Part shown: positions 13,642 to 27,300 of the stretch, piece after piece
Position numbering within the stretch: the first letter of the stretch is position 1
Layout: the number at the start of each line of letters is the position of its first letter
DNA from: Lingula anatina
Taxonomy: Eukaryota > Animalia > Brachiopoda
Assembly: GCA_051362555.1 (NCBI GenBank)
Contig: CM120645.1
Span: 11,036,001 to 11,100,000 of the forward strand
Direction of reading: 5' to 3'
DNA length: 64,000 nt
Translations under genes and position numbers: made by a program
Notes under the pieces: generated by a model
What the model saw: only the letters and a program-made list of their open reading frames with translations
The model's database searches: none
Told to the model about the DNA's origin: nothing

Positions 13642-16600
13642 ACTGCAGATATTTGATAAAAATATTTCTCACAACCACACACCTTTGGTCTCCAGTGCCT
13701 GTGCAAAGTCATCCACCTCAAGTCCCTCATCTTTGTACTCATTCTGCGTCTTCAGCGCCTTCTTGTACCAGGTCTCCGCCATGTCTTTCTTCAGCTGGTA
13801 GAGGTAGAGATCGGCCACAGATTCCTGGATCACACACAACAGACGCTGGTCTTCCTCGCTCAGGGGATAGTTCTGTAATAATACACAGAATCAGTGCTGG
13901 AATATGGTGATATTTCTTTAATATGACTTATATCTAGGTGTGCTAAAACAAAATGCCATTATTTTATTATGTTGAGAGGACACAAGATTTTTCAATATAT
14001 ACTGAATTGAAAACTTGACTGTCTGGTACGACTGAAATTGCAAAGGGAGTCAGATATTATCATCCATACAAAAAAGAAATCTTTGGTAAAACAACTCTTG
14101 TTAACAGAAGGTCCCAAATGCTCAAATTAAACAAAAGTCAATGAGATTCTGCAGTCTTTAACAATACACCTGAATTTAGAGATACCAAAAGTCTAGGATT
14201 CTGCAGTATAAACGGCAGAGATGATCAAAATCCATCCTTGAACCTCTTCAGCCAAGGTGTAAACTTACCCTGTACAGTTCCTCATGTGCATATAGCAGGA
14301 TCTGCTCCGCCTCTTCGAAGCAGCCGAGCTCAGAGAGGAACACGCCCACACTTTTAGCCAAGAACGCCTTGTCTCTCTGCAGCATCACAGGGGTGCTTGG
14401 ACGGGATGTCTCAGATGCATCTAGAATATTCAAAATCAGTTCAAACTGCTGTCATAATTTATCTTTGAAAATATACAAAGCCAGCAGCCAGCTTTTCTTT
14501 AAAATATCTAGTTTTTCTAATCACGATAAAATGCTATCATACACTTATGTCATTACACAACAAAGATTCTGTTTTTCTGTTTAGCTTTTATTAGTATCAT
14601 GGTAAAAATAAATCACGTGTTTTGGCAACTTCTCATATGTTACAAAAATCAAATTATCTTCAACATTATATTAAAACAATATGCTTCCTCACTGTCCTTA
14701 CCTGACTGAGATCCAGCATCACTGACCATGGAGCTAAGGCTAGTACTGGACATACTGGAGCTGATACTGGGGGCATCTTCCTGCTGGGATTGCTGCTGCT
14801 GAGATGGAGGCTGGAAAATATTACAAACACTTTTATAACGCTGATTTGAAATCTTTAAATCTAATTGCATTGTATCTTATATATACATAATTTGAACTAT
14901 TTGTGACTTTTGGTTGAGACAGTGTTAACTTCAAGGTGGTAAAATATTACTGGGTGCAAAAATTCAAAAGATGTCACAACATTAACATGCTTCATCCCAA
15001 CACAAACAATTAGGTCCATAGATGCTTTAACAGTTATAAATACATAATTATAACTAAACAACATTTAAAACTAATTGTTTTTCTATGCCCCTCCCCTACT
15101 TCATACACTCAGGTTTGTTTTATTGCCTCAAGTTATTCTCCCCTCATACATTTCTTCAGCCATATAAATAGAATTAATCTTGCAGGATGAACTGTTACTA
15201 TTATCATTTTTTATTACGTTTACTTGTTTTTGTCCATTTTTGCTTAGAATTTTTTGCCATTCGCCAAAAACAGTTTGATGCCTCTACCTCCCTCTTAAAT
15301 CCTGCTACAAACTTTTTATTCATGCAATTATTATTTTTTAAAATTTCTCAACAAAGTTAACCCTATACCCATAATTCGTGTGTAGTTGGGAGAAGGTTAA
15401 TGGTCAGTACCTGGGTTTTGTAAAGTGACCCACTGGAGGTCACTCGGTGCAGGGAGGCCTCGCTGGCGCGGGAAGTTAATATGACGGGAATTACGGCATT
15501 TTGCGCTGAACTGACAGAGAACTGTCCAGACATTGGATCGATTTGGTCTGATGAGCGTGCTGGATAGGATGACGACTATATCAAACCAAAGAGAGAGAGA
15601 GAGACAAAAAAGGTGTTACACCACAAAAAATTACAAATACAAACACAAAAGTGCAGGTTGTTTTGAAAAAAAAAACATCAATAATTAATAAACTATAATT
15701 ATAGAAACAACACCTTAAGAAAATCAACTCACAGTACTTATACTATACTAACTAAAACTAGTATTGACGTCTAGGCAGTTCTCACATCACATTCATGCAC
15801 TTTAAGTCAGCATGCAAATGTATCCTTTCTTCTCATTATTTCTCTTTGGGTTTTTCAAGTTTGGTTTTACCATCTTTTTTTTTAATTTAATACAAATACA
15901 ATTTTTTATTTTCTGCTATATTTTTTAATGAAAAAGTAAATATTTTCACTGCTTTACTGCATTTTTTTAAGAATATAACTTTCAGAGAACAATGTACTAT
16001 ATTTGACCTTAAAAATATGGACAAAAATCACAAATTATTGGGTCGTCATTTGTGCTATAATTTTTATGTCACTATCCTAATAAAAACTTTTGTCTTCAGC
16101 AATCCCACCAAAAACACCTACACACCAATGTAAGCTTTGACAATAAATCAAACGTTCACACACACACACACCAATCTAACTCCTAACAAACTACAGTTAG
16201 TACAAACTCACACTTTTTAAAATATATTTCTGACCTATCAACAGATGATGACTCTGTGTTTGATGCCGTTGAGCTTTCCTCATGAGAACTCTGACAGAAC
16301 ACTGGACAACATTTTGTTCATAGTCATAGAACCCATATGCCGATAGTCTAGGCTCTTCGAGTTCAGAAATAAACTTTAAAGTGTTATTATGTCTGGTAAT
16401 CTCAATAAACACACTAAATCTAGTATTACCTCCACATAAGGTTCTGTGCATTTTAAACTGAGGCCAGGGCAGGCATCAGAGTTCACCAGCATCATGGGAT
16501 ATACAACGCGGGGGTCATAACCCGCGTCCTTGAGCAGCTTCCAGTAATGGAGGAGGTCTAGCTTGCGGCAGTGGTACTGCTTGTCGTCACCAAACATGTC

Positions 16601-19600
16601 CAAAAACACACTAAGGTAAGAAAATGAAAATTATATGTATTTATTGTTAAAAATTAACTCTTTATCAATAAACTGGTGTATATGACTGTCTTTGTGCTGC
16701 ATTCTACTTACACATACAGTAAAAGATAAACCAGACAACTGTAGGGCCAAATTTATCTAAATGTACTGAATTTCATATTTCATCTTTTTGATGCAAAAAA
16801 ATTGTAGCTGATTTACACTTTATTCAAACAGTCCTAGCTTATTTGTAAAAGAGCTAAAACATATTTATCTTGTCTGACATATTCACCTTGGCTGGGACAA
16901 AACCTCACAAAGTTTCTCCATATCTCCACAGCGTTCCAGCTGCCATGTCAGCTCATCCGTCCTTCGCAGGGAGTTCTTCTTCTCGTAGAAGTAGGTAGCT
17001 AAGACCTGATGGAAATGTTGCTTGCTTGTTTCTTTGTTCTGAGTGAGGCTGAGAGTGCTCTCCACGGCTGCTGGTGTTACGCAACCTAAGAAAGATAGAG
17101 GGTGGTATGATCACAGGAGTTATCAAATAATCTTTTCCGCAACAATTCTGTCATGATATCATGCATCAAACTTAATCATTTATCTCTTATGTAATTATCT
17201 TCTGATTGAATGCACTTTTTACCATGGAATGTTCCTATTAATTCTTAATATGTTGCTGTGAAATAAGCACCACCTAACCATTATGATATGAAGTTCCCTT
17301 GCCTGCTTAATAAGTCAGCTCTATAGCTATAGATTTTCATACAAATTGCTTAGCATTATCAGACAATCCCTTCATAACAATATTCTGCCATGAGATATAC
17401 TGAAACAATATCAACTGAAAATAAACATAGCTGTATTAATAAGCCTTTTTCAAAAATATCATGCAATAATTGCCTTCAGCACTGCTGTTCAAATTCCTTT
17501 AAAAAATATGGGCAACCAGGCAAAAATCCATACACAGTAATAAGTAAACAACCAGGATACTGCTAAGCGGAATAACAAAAATGTTCTTAGTAGGATCTAC
17601 CTCTAAGGGGAGTGGACTGGCTACAATGAAGGTGGACATACATATCAATACATGACATACAAATAAACCCATAGCTGTGCAAACAACCCTTCACCGTTTG
17701 AAACTAAAAAAAAAGCTGCTACTACTATACACATGTAAAGCTATACCATACCTAACCATGTTTTGGGCCATTTCCAGTACGTATCTGAGATAGAATGGTG
17801 ACAAGTTACACTGCTGTGAAACTTGAGATCGGAACAGTGTCTTCCTATCATGCAGTATGTATGCATGTGTGTAAGTGTTGATTTTGATTTATAATCATCA
17901 CTCAATACACTTAATAACCATACCCATGCAGATAGAATCATGCTTTTCTTGACCAATGAACAATGGAATATATAATTTTTTTTAAACATACATATCTATA
18001 AATCTATATTACACATATAGAATCATCGTATAAGTGTTGTCAGTGGAGCATTTATATCTAAGCATGCAGCTACAACAATGCAACACTCTTATTGGTTCAC
18101 ACTATGCATTACAAGAGCAGTGATTGGTCAGTTTAGTTACCTAGCAACGCATATTCCACGGCCTCCTTGAGGTGTTGATGAAAAAAGTTGATCAGTCCAC
18201 CAGGGTGCTGTATGAATGATTCCGTGGCAACAGACTGAAGCAGCGCCCAATCAAATGATGTCACAGTAGATTTGCCATGGTAACCAAGCTGCTTTAAGAC
18301 CTCCAAGATCTCTGATTGGCTAAGGCCCTGACGTGAGCAACACAGAAGGCGAAGTGCATCGGCAACCCAGCCAGTAAGTTCTGAAAATATCAATAAAACT
18401 TTTTGTTATTTTTGAGGAAATAACATCATAGCTTTTACCTAAATAATGAAAAGTGAGAAGTGTTTTTAGACAATAATTCTCAATAAATTAAGGAATAATG
18501 TCATAGTTTTCACATTCCGATTTATTGACAAATGTTAAGCATTATAAAATCCGTCTTCTTACCTGTTTTTTGACCAACAAATGAGCTATGGCGGAAGTCA
18601 GCTTTGGCCTGCTCCGTTGTCCAACCATAGTCTCTAATCCAGCGGTGAATGATCCTCGTCCAGGCGTCCCTGATACTGTAGGCACTCAGGTACCAGTCCA
18701 AGTGCTGGTCTAACGCTGTGTAAACGCCAAATACTCTCAGCTCATTGCACAAAACAGACAGAAACAGTGGCCTATCACTGAGCTTGCAACTCACAATGCG
18801 CTCAATTTGTTCAGAGTTTAATGACTTGCAGTGCACTGCTAAGTGTTCTTGGATGATTTTGCTCTTTGAGACGTTATCACTGATGAGGGGGACCTTGACA
18901 ATCTGCGTGTCTCCTCTGTGGACAAGTGAGCGATATGTCAGGTCTGACTTGGCTGTGGTGATGATGATTTTACACTGTGGGGGCAGCGGCATTGGCAACC
19001 ATGCCATTTCTTTCACCTAAAAATTGTTATTATTAAAAAGGTTTTCTCAGTCTCAGAAAAGTTTTTTTAATGATTCTTAGACAAACTATACCAGTTAAAT
19101 AATTAGATTATACTGCTGCCTTAAAAAATATACCTTACATAAGGATAATCTGCACAATATACATGTGCATTGATTTTTTTTCATTTAAAACTGTTATCTT
19201 TTTTTGTCTGAACACCATTTCTACTATCATAGTTATCAGTATGTCAAGAGCCTTTTTCAATTTAAAGCTAAATTTTGGGCATAAAACAATGTATAGACGG
19301 TGTGCTCACCATTTGAGGTGTTAATCCTGAAGTTCCGCCCATTTCATCTATCCCATCAAGCACCAACACACATGGCCCCATAGCAGTTGCTGCGATAAAT
19401 GCTTCACAGATGCGATGAAAATTTCCCAAATCTTCTGTATTTGTTGACTGGACGGTTTCAGACCCTGAAAATAAAATACAAAGTACTTTAAATTTTTTCC
19501 CACAAATATACTACAATTTTTTTGGTAAATAGATATTTACAAAAACTTCGCAGAAAAAAGAATTTGCTGTGCTGGATTTGAAGGATAAGAGGATTAAAAA

Positions 19601-21302
19601 CCATTTCCCTCTTCACACACAGGCTGGGACCACCAGACTACCCCTAATTTTTTCTCCATTTATTTCTGAAAAGTAATGACCAGTTTCTCAACAAAGTCGT
19701 TTCTCACATGACCTATCACATGGCCTATCACATGACCTGTCACATAGCCTGTCACACAACCTGTCACAAGGTAACGTGTTCAGAAGTTATGATGGCACAG
19801 TGACAAACACAACTTGTCTCCTATGAACACATGAAGGACTGGAGGCATAGCATGAAAATGTTCCAAATTAAGCCAATCACAGGAACAAAATACACATCAA
19901 TGGAGATCTCATCCTTGGCTATTGTGTTTAACAAATGTGTTCAACTAGATAACAAGCCTGAAGTATTCACCTGTTATTCTGATTACCATCTCAATGACAA
20001 AATTTACATGCATTCTTCTACAATATAGTAATCGTTGCCATTAGGGACAGCTTGCCGTAAATGAACATGCAAACTGCAACAAAATGTCATCACCACCAAA
20101 GCTAACCAGTAGCCAAATGACTTACTACTTACTTATCCACTTCGAGCCAAATTATGCAGGTTATAAAGATGATTCACAAAGCATCTTTTGCCAAACACCC
20201 CTTAGGCCACCATGGCCAGATATTGATTGACTACAGATAAAAATATGACTAACTCAAACACCTAAGAAAAACAAAAACAAAAAGCTTTCTTTTTAGTATA
20301 AAAAACCCATTAAAATTCATTTGTATGCACTTGTACATGCCATGAGCAACTTTGCTGGAATTGGGCTAAAATCGGTAACAAGGGTGTAGTGCCTTGGGGT
20401 ACCATTTTTATAGAGACACGAATGGATTATTGTCATTTAGCATCAAATAGACAACAGGCCAACGGTGGTTTAGGGACACGGTGACAATAAGCTGTGAGAT
20501 GGGAAAAATCCATTCAGACTGTAAAAGATATTTGTGAATCCATTTTTCTTCAAAATTGCATGACTAGATCAATAGCTGTTGCTATTCAGGAAAAACTTGC
20601 GTCAATAAGCGACACCTTCTTCTGTTACTCACAGCAATTTATAAACTTGTGCAAAGCAATTCTGCCAACACAAAATGTCAAAAGAATGAGAAATCTGAGA
20701 AAAGCATATGTTGGAAAGGTAGTTTATATAATTTGCGCAGAAAAGAATCCACCAGCCAACTAGAAATAATAAGCTACTCTCCAGATTTACTAAATTTCAC
20801 TTCCACAGAATGTTTATATAAGTATTCCAGGGTTAAGACTGTCACAGAAAATTCTAGGAAATACATGTCTGACTGCAGGATCCAAGAAGTTAATTTTCAT
20901 TTGTGCACGAAGGAATGAAAGAGCACATGTATGATATCAAATCAGCTGCATTTTAGTCCTAACAATCAGCCCAGTAAGTTTAAGGATAGTAAATCACACT
21001 GTAATTCATTGTGTTTACAGTACAAAGTGAGCAGCAGCTTTGTGACAACAACAAACACAGGATCTGTAAATAATCTGTACATAAAAAGATCTGTACCTAA
21101 TCTGTACATAAAAGGATATCAACAGTTTCAGAATTTAAACTTTCACATGCAAAATGAAGTAAATTTCATGACATCATATGCATATCAGATGTGCATCTGT
21201 ATATTGCTTTTAATGCAGAAAAGACCCCACAAAAACAGTTACAGAGTTACAGGGCAATGACCCTTGTCTGGGGCATTAGGTCAGACCTACCCCCCCCCCC
21301 CC

Positions 21303-21336
<34 letters not shown>

Positions 21337-24300
21337 GCCCTTTCATGTGAACATGAGCACAGGTCATACACAAACTGAACATCATTCTTCTAAAGATATA
21401 GAGCAAATAAAAAAGCAAACTGAGTTCACAGATAAGAAAGGCCACTTGAGGTAATAGACTTAGTACAGAAAATTAATGGGCCATTTGTAAACCCAAAACT
21501 GTCACATTGACTTTGATTTCCTGTTCACCAGCAAAGCTACCAAGTGCAAGTCAGGAGGATAATAGAGCTTGGGGAGGCATGAACTTGCCCTCATATTAAA
21601 ATGTACATATCTTAAACTTGCTTCCACTGTAAAGAATATTTTAATATGTAAATGTTAAACGATGAAATTTAGTCAGTGGTTGGTTTAAATTATAGTGGTT
21701 TCAAACGAAAACATAGTCCTTATTTCCGAGGTTAACATTGCACCCACATCCATCAAGATCCTGTTTCAGTCCTAGCTTTCCACTGTGCCCTAAATTCACA
21801 GTTTATAGGTGTATTGATTGCAAACAAAGTGCAGGTTAAGAGTTGACAGGGTTGTAAAGAAAGGGTTGCTTTGAAAAGACCCTACTAAAACGTCTACACA
21901 CAAACAAACAAAAACAAAACGTTTTTTGTTGTTGACTACTGTTGCTAGTGTTGTGTTCCTTAAACAAATCCTTGTTATAACGGTACCAAAGGAAAAAAAA
22001 AATGGTATTACTGCAATAGTGGGGTTATCCGCTGTGTTGAAAATAAATGCTCATGCCCCACATTAAACTAATTTTTTTGCTAGAGGAAATTCTGAATCAC
22101 GTTTCCACAACAATGGTTTGCATGCAACATGAACATCTTTTCAGTTACAAACCAGTGACCCCAAACTAATAAAACATGAAATGCTGCATATAAATTCAAT
22201 GACTAATAACAATTTAGTGTCACAAAAACAACAAAACGTGATTTGTTAGAGCTGCTTTTCTTATCATGCTTTTGATCATCATGCAACTTTGCTTTGTCTT
22301 GTTCCAGGTTTGTAAGCATGAAGATAATGGTAGACATTATGGTTATCTTAGATACACTAGTATTTACATTTCACAGGTTGCGTTTATCTTTCAGCCAAGC
22401 AGTGATCATTTTAATGAGACCTTTTCAATCTTTTCCTTTAAACAAAATCTTGTTAAAAAAAAAAAAAAAAAAAGAAAACGCACCTGAGCAGTGGTATTCC
22501 TCCCTGAGCTCTAAAGTGCACCTGCGCATGAACGACGCAATATCGGTGCTGGATGAGTTGCTGCCGACGTAGTGTGCGATGACTTTGATGTCTGGATGAT
22601 CCTTTGAAAAGCCTTTGACCCAGTTAGAAAGCACCGAGGTCTTGCCACAGCCGCGCTCTCCTACCAGTAGGAGTAACGACTGGTAGCTGATAGCCTGGGG
22701 CTTCCTGCAACAAAAGATAGCAAGACAATAGAACATTTTTATTAAATAAAGATTTCTCTCAGCTTGAAATAAAAAAAATAATAATAATAATACAACAGTG
22801 TACAGGAAAGGGTTAAAATGCTCTAAAAAAAGGGAAGGTACCTGGATATCTTTGTTCTGTATTCTAGGTGAATAGTTACAAAATTTACCAAATCTGCACG
22901 TTGCCAAAGAAGTGAAAGAAAATATTTCTTCACATTATTGGAGCAAAATCTAGAGACCCATAAAGAAGCTGAAGATGATGCTTCAACAATACTGTTTAGT
23001 TTTTTAAAAATACTTTTTAAGAGGGTTACTCAATGTGTCAAAAGATTCAGCACCAACTATAAATACAGCATTAAAGACAAAGAAGAAAATGACTGGTCAT
23101 TCAATGTCAAAACAACTGCCAACCATAGAGTAATGGATGCTGCGGGGCACAGGGCAGATGCTACGGTCACAACCCAGAGCCATTAATTCCGGACACTGAC
23201 CATGCCCTGGACATTGACACCTGTGTGTACCTGTAGTGGACAGCCACCTGGACAGTGGGCAGTGAGTCAGTTAAAGCAGTTACTCCCTCTACTGAATCAC
23301 AACAGCTTATATTAATTAGGGCATAAAGTTCATATATACTTATTTACTGTACTTTTTTTGTTGTTGTTCTTTTTATCATGCCAAATTAAAACCCTACTAA
23401 TACTCTGATATTAAATTTCTGATGAAGTAAGACAACTACAGGGCTAAGTGTATTAATAAATAAAAATGCCCAAATCCTTGTGAACAGTGGTGTAGCCTGA
23501 TATTAGTGGAAGACATCATGGCAAATGCTAGTATTCCATGATTTACGTAATGAAATTGTCCTTCTTCATTCCACGCATACTCTAATTCTTATTATAAGTT
23601 TTTTTAAAACCTCCAACTATGTTATCTTAAAGATGGATCAATAAAAGAATGAAGAATGATACCCAAACATTTTTGAGACATCAGTAATTTAATTTTTAAG
23701 ATAAAGATAAAAAGAATGTGCAAAATGCTGTTGTTTTTCCTCAAATCATTCAGCTATACAATCTTAAAGATGAAAAAAAATGTTACGCTATCAATTTTCA
23801 TAAGCACAACTTCAAAAATTTTAATTGTAAGTCTCCATCAAGATAAAGATAAAAAGAATGTGCAAAATGCTGTTGTTTTTCCTCAAATCATTCAGCTATA
23901 CAATCTTAAAGATGAAAAAAAATGTTACGCTATCAATTTTCATGAGCACAACTTCAAAAATTTTAATTGTAAGTCTCCATCAAGATCAGTAAAGAATGAG
24001 GAAATGTTTCTGATCAGGGATAAGCAGACAGGAAATTTATGGCCTATTGTTACACCAGACAGAAGATGGGACGATAAGATGCTTTCTCTCTCTCTCTTGA
24101 TCTTTTTTAACGTCACAATTTCACAGTTCAGAGGATGGTTCTGTGGCAGTGAGGGTCACATGCAAGTGAAAAATTACACAGTTATCAGGAAACAACTTTG
24201 CCTTACTATCATCAGAAACATTCTTAATAATTGTGGAATCTTATTATTACAGTGGCATATTTTCATTACAGTGTGTTTATGAAATATTTGTGGCAACTGG

Positions 24301-27300
24301 ACAGTTTTTTATGAATGTAGACAGTACAAAAAACTTTTTGACCACAAATACCAATGACAGTAATGTGTCGTCTGATAAAAAAGGAATGCATCAAGTTCAA
24401 ATCTTAAATCATTTTCAAATACCTTAAAGCTTACTGTAATTCATTTATTGTCTGGTGGTTTAGAACTACTATGCCAAGTAAAATTATGCTCATCAGAAGG
24501 AAATAACTGTTTTAGTCAAGTTGACAAAAAGAAATAAATTTCAATTCTAATTTTTGTCCAAGATATGTTGTTACTGCTTTTATTTGTATGTACCTTAAAG
24601 CTTTACAGGGATAAAACATACTAAAGATAGTTGAGGTAAAAAATTCATTATATATTTTTTCTTAAATTTAAGTTCAAGAGAATATTACAAGTCAGTTGAC
24701 AGGACACTGACATCAACAATAAAATCACATTGGACTTCAAAATGACAACAGGACATTGTGTTTTGTTTACCCTACAGAAATATATGTGCGTGTACTGAAT
24801 AGGTTTAAAATAACCTAGTTCCCAAGCACCCACATACACATAGACATAAATATGGATCCTTTGAAGGAACTTGACCACATCCAGGTCAAGAAACCAAGTA
24901 CCACAAAACATCTCCCACCAAATGATACTTCCGACTTCAACATCTTTTATAACACAGCAACCAAAAAGGGGGCAAAGTTCAAGTAGTATATTTTTTGGTG
25001 TGTGTGTGTGTGTAGGAATCACCTGTAAGTGCTATAGTAGTATGATTAGAAGTTAGTGACAGGCAATTAATTAGACTGTCAAAAGAAAACAGTCAAGAAT
25101 AAGCCTCCTTTTTAAGATGCTTGATCAAAATTCTGACCATTGGATAAACTTTTAGAAATTAAAAAGGCTCCACCACACTTGAACTTTTTGGCGTTTGGTA
25201 CAATTTACACAGTGACACAACAAACTGGCAATTATATTGAACAAAAATGGAACATTTTGTAAACAAGCACTCCAGTAGTTGCCATAGTTACAAACATGGA
25301 CAAGGTGGTATTGCTAGACTCCAGTAGTTGCCATAGTTACAAACATGGACAGGGGGGTATTTTAACTAACAGGTGTTTGTATACCTGCCATGGTGACAAT
25401 CATATTTCTAATAATACCCCAATACCTGACACCAGACTCCTTTGGGTTTGTTATGTTTTTTTATTATTAGAAACAAAATTACCTTTAATAACATGACATT
25501 AGTCACAAGAATGAATCATTACAAAAATATCACCAAATTAACAAATGGGAAGCAAATGAAAGTAATCAAAAAGAAAAAAAATCTCTCAGTAATGAAGAAA
25601 ATGGGCAATGTATCTGTGAAATGATATGTTGAGTCAGGGAAATCAAAATAATGAGAGTCTTAGTATCCAAAACCTATCAAATCTCTTGGTTTTCAGATAA
25701 AATACCTGGCAAGACCAGGAAACAGGCTTTTTTTTTGACATACGAAACTTAAACTATTCTGAAACGTGAGCCCATGTTGACTCAATGCCCCCCACTTCTT
25801 AATTAAGGAACACAAAATGGCTTTTTTTTATATATTTTCTCACAGCCACCTAAAATTCCCTTTGAAAATATATAATTTTCCCAGACACAAGAGTGTAGAA
25901 GGCGTGTGAATTGTCACTCTGCGGTACAGCTGAATCACGAGCACTGGAGCAATTCCACGGGAACACGATGTGTCAACTTGGCCTTGTAATGTTACCTTTT
26001 TCATCACTTCTTTAATGAATCACGATGTTCTTTGACATGGGATCTCGCCCTCAAAGAAACTCAGAAAACTGCTTGGTGACTGACTCCCATGGAAGTGCCT
26101 ATAATTTGCATCTAGATCCAAATCAGCCATTTCTCCTACTTCAAATTTTTACAATTGTTTGAAGTATTTCATAAAATCAAACCATCTTTTCAAGATAACA
26201 CTAAATATGTATAGCATTATATATATGAATGTGAGCAACTGGTTTTGAGTTACATTTATTTAATATTCCTTTCACTCATTCTATTTTCCTTAAGCCAATG
26301 TTAATCATGTCACTTCGTGTCACTTCACATTTGGCAGAAACTGATATCTAATTTTAGAATCATAACCTATTAAAGAAAAAACATGGTGCCATCATTGAAC
26401 TGGTTTTAACCCTGTCCTTGATTTATTTTGGAAACAAACAAAAACCTTATCTATTTTTGACAACATTTTAGGTGGAAATGTTTTTTCTAGATATGGTGAC
26501 AGTGGAGAGGGAGGGGGTGGGGGAGGGGGGGGAATCCGAGTGGTAGAAATCTTCTGACAGGTAAAAAAAAATACATTACACAATTACCACATGCACCGAA
26601 TAACGTCAGACCTATCCGTCCTAGTTAACGATCCTTCATTTCAATCCAGCATTAAATGGTAAAAACATGTGTACCATTTCTCAATGGTTTCCTACCCCGT
26701 GACGGCATAAATCTACAAAGAAAATCAATTCACAGGCATGACATCCTGTTTTAGCTGAATTCAAGACAGCCTCATCAAATAGCACGATTCTCTGTGTCTG
26801 ACGCCCACAGGCCAAGCACGACCCTATATCTTGCCTAAATAATAATAATAATATACCTTTACCTATCAGTGCTGAACCTGTCACAATTGATGCCTTCTTA
26901 TCTATGCTTCCTTTTATATTTTGTGAGGAAGGTAAAATAGAGAGGCATAAAAATACTATAGAATCATATCTAGGAACAGAATTAGGGACAGGGATGTAAA
27001 CTTTAGACAGTTTTGTAACACATAATCATGATGTCACAATGATGGTGAGATATACAAAATGTGTGTGTGTGTTTGTGTGCGTGTGCGTGTGTTTGCCGAC
27101 ACTCAAACATGCAAACATGTAGCAAAAAGTCTACTATTCAAAAACATATCTCGTAGACCTGCACATGTGTGTCTTTGTGCCATAACTTGCATGTATATGT
27201 TCATGTTTGCATGTAAGCACATGTACTTGTGTGTATGCACGTGTTCTGTATGAACATATGAGCCACTGTGCATGCTATAGTGTTAGACTTCAACAACCAA

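Noticed and set aside
16235-16373. Possible extra TTC41-like exon (part of ORF 16197-16451)
   Set aside because: Its phase does not fit the next exon (15575, phase 0), whereas 16430 joins 15575 in frame. It could be a minor alternative exon but is unsupported.
25996-26098. Exon-like segment with AG/GT boundaries on the minus strand
   Set aside because: Stops in all three frames, and the flanking exons 27333 and 22704 join in phase without it. A poison exon cannot be excluded without RNA data.
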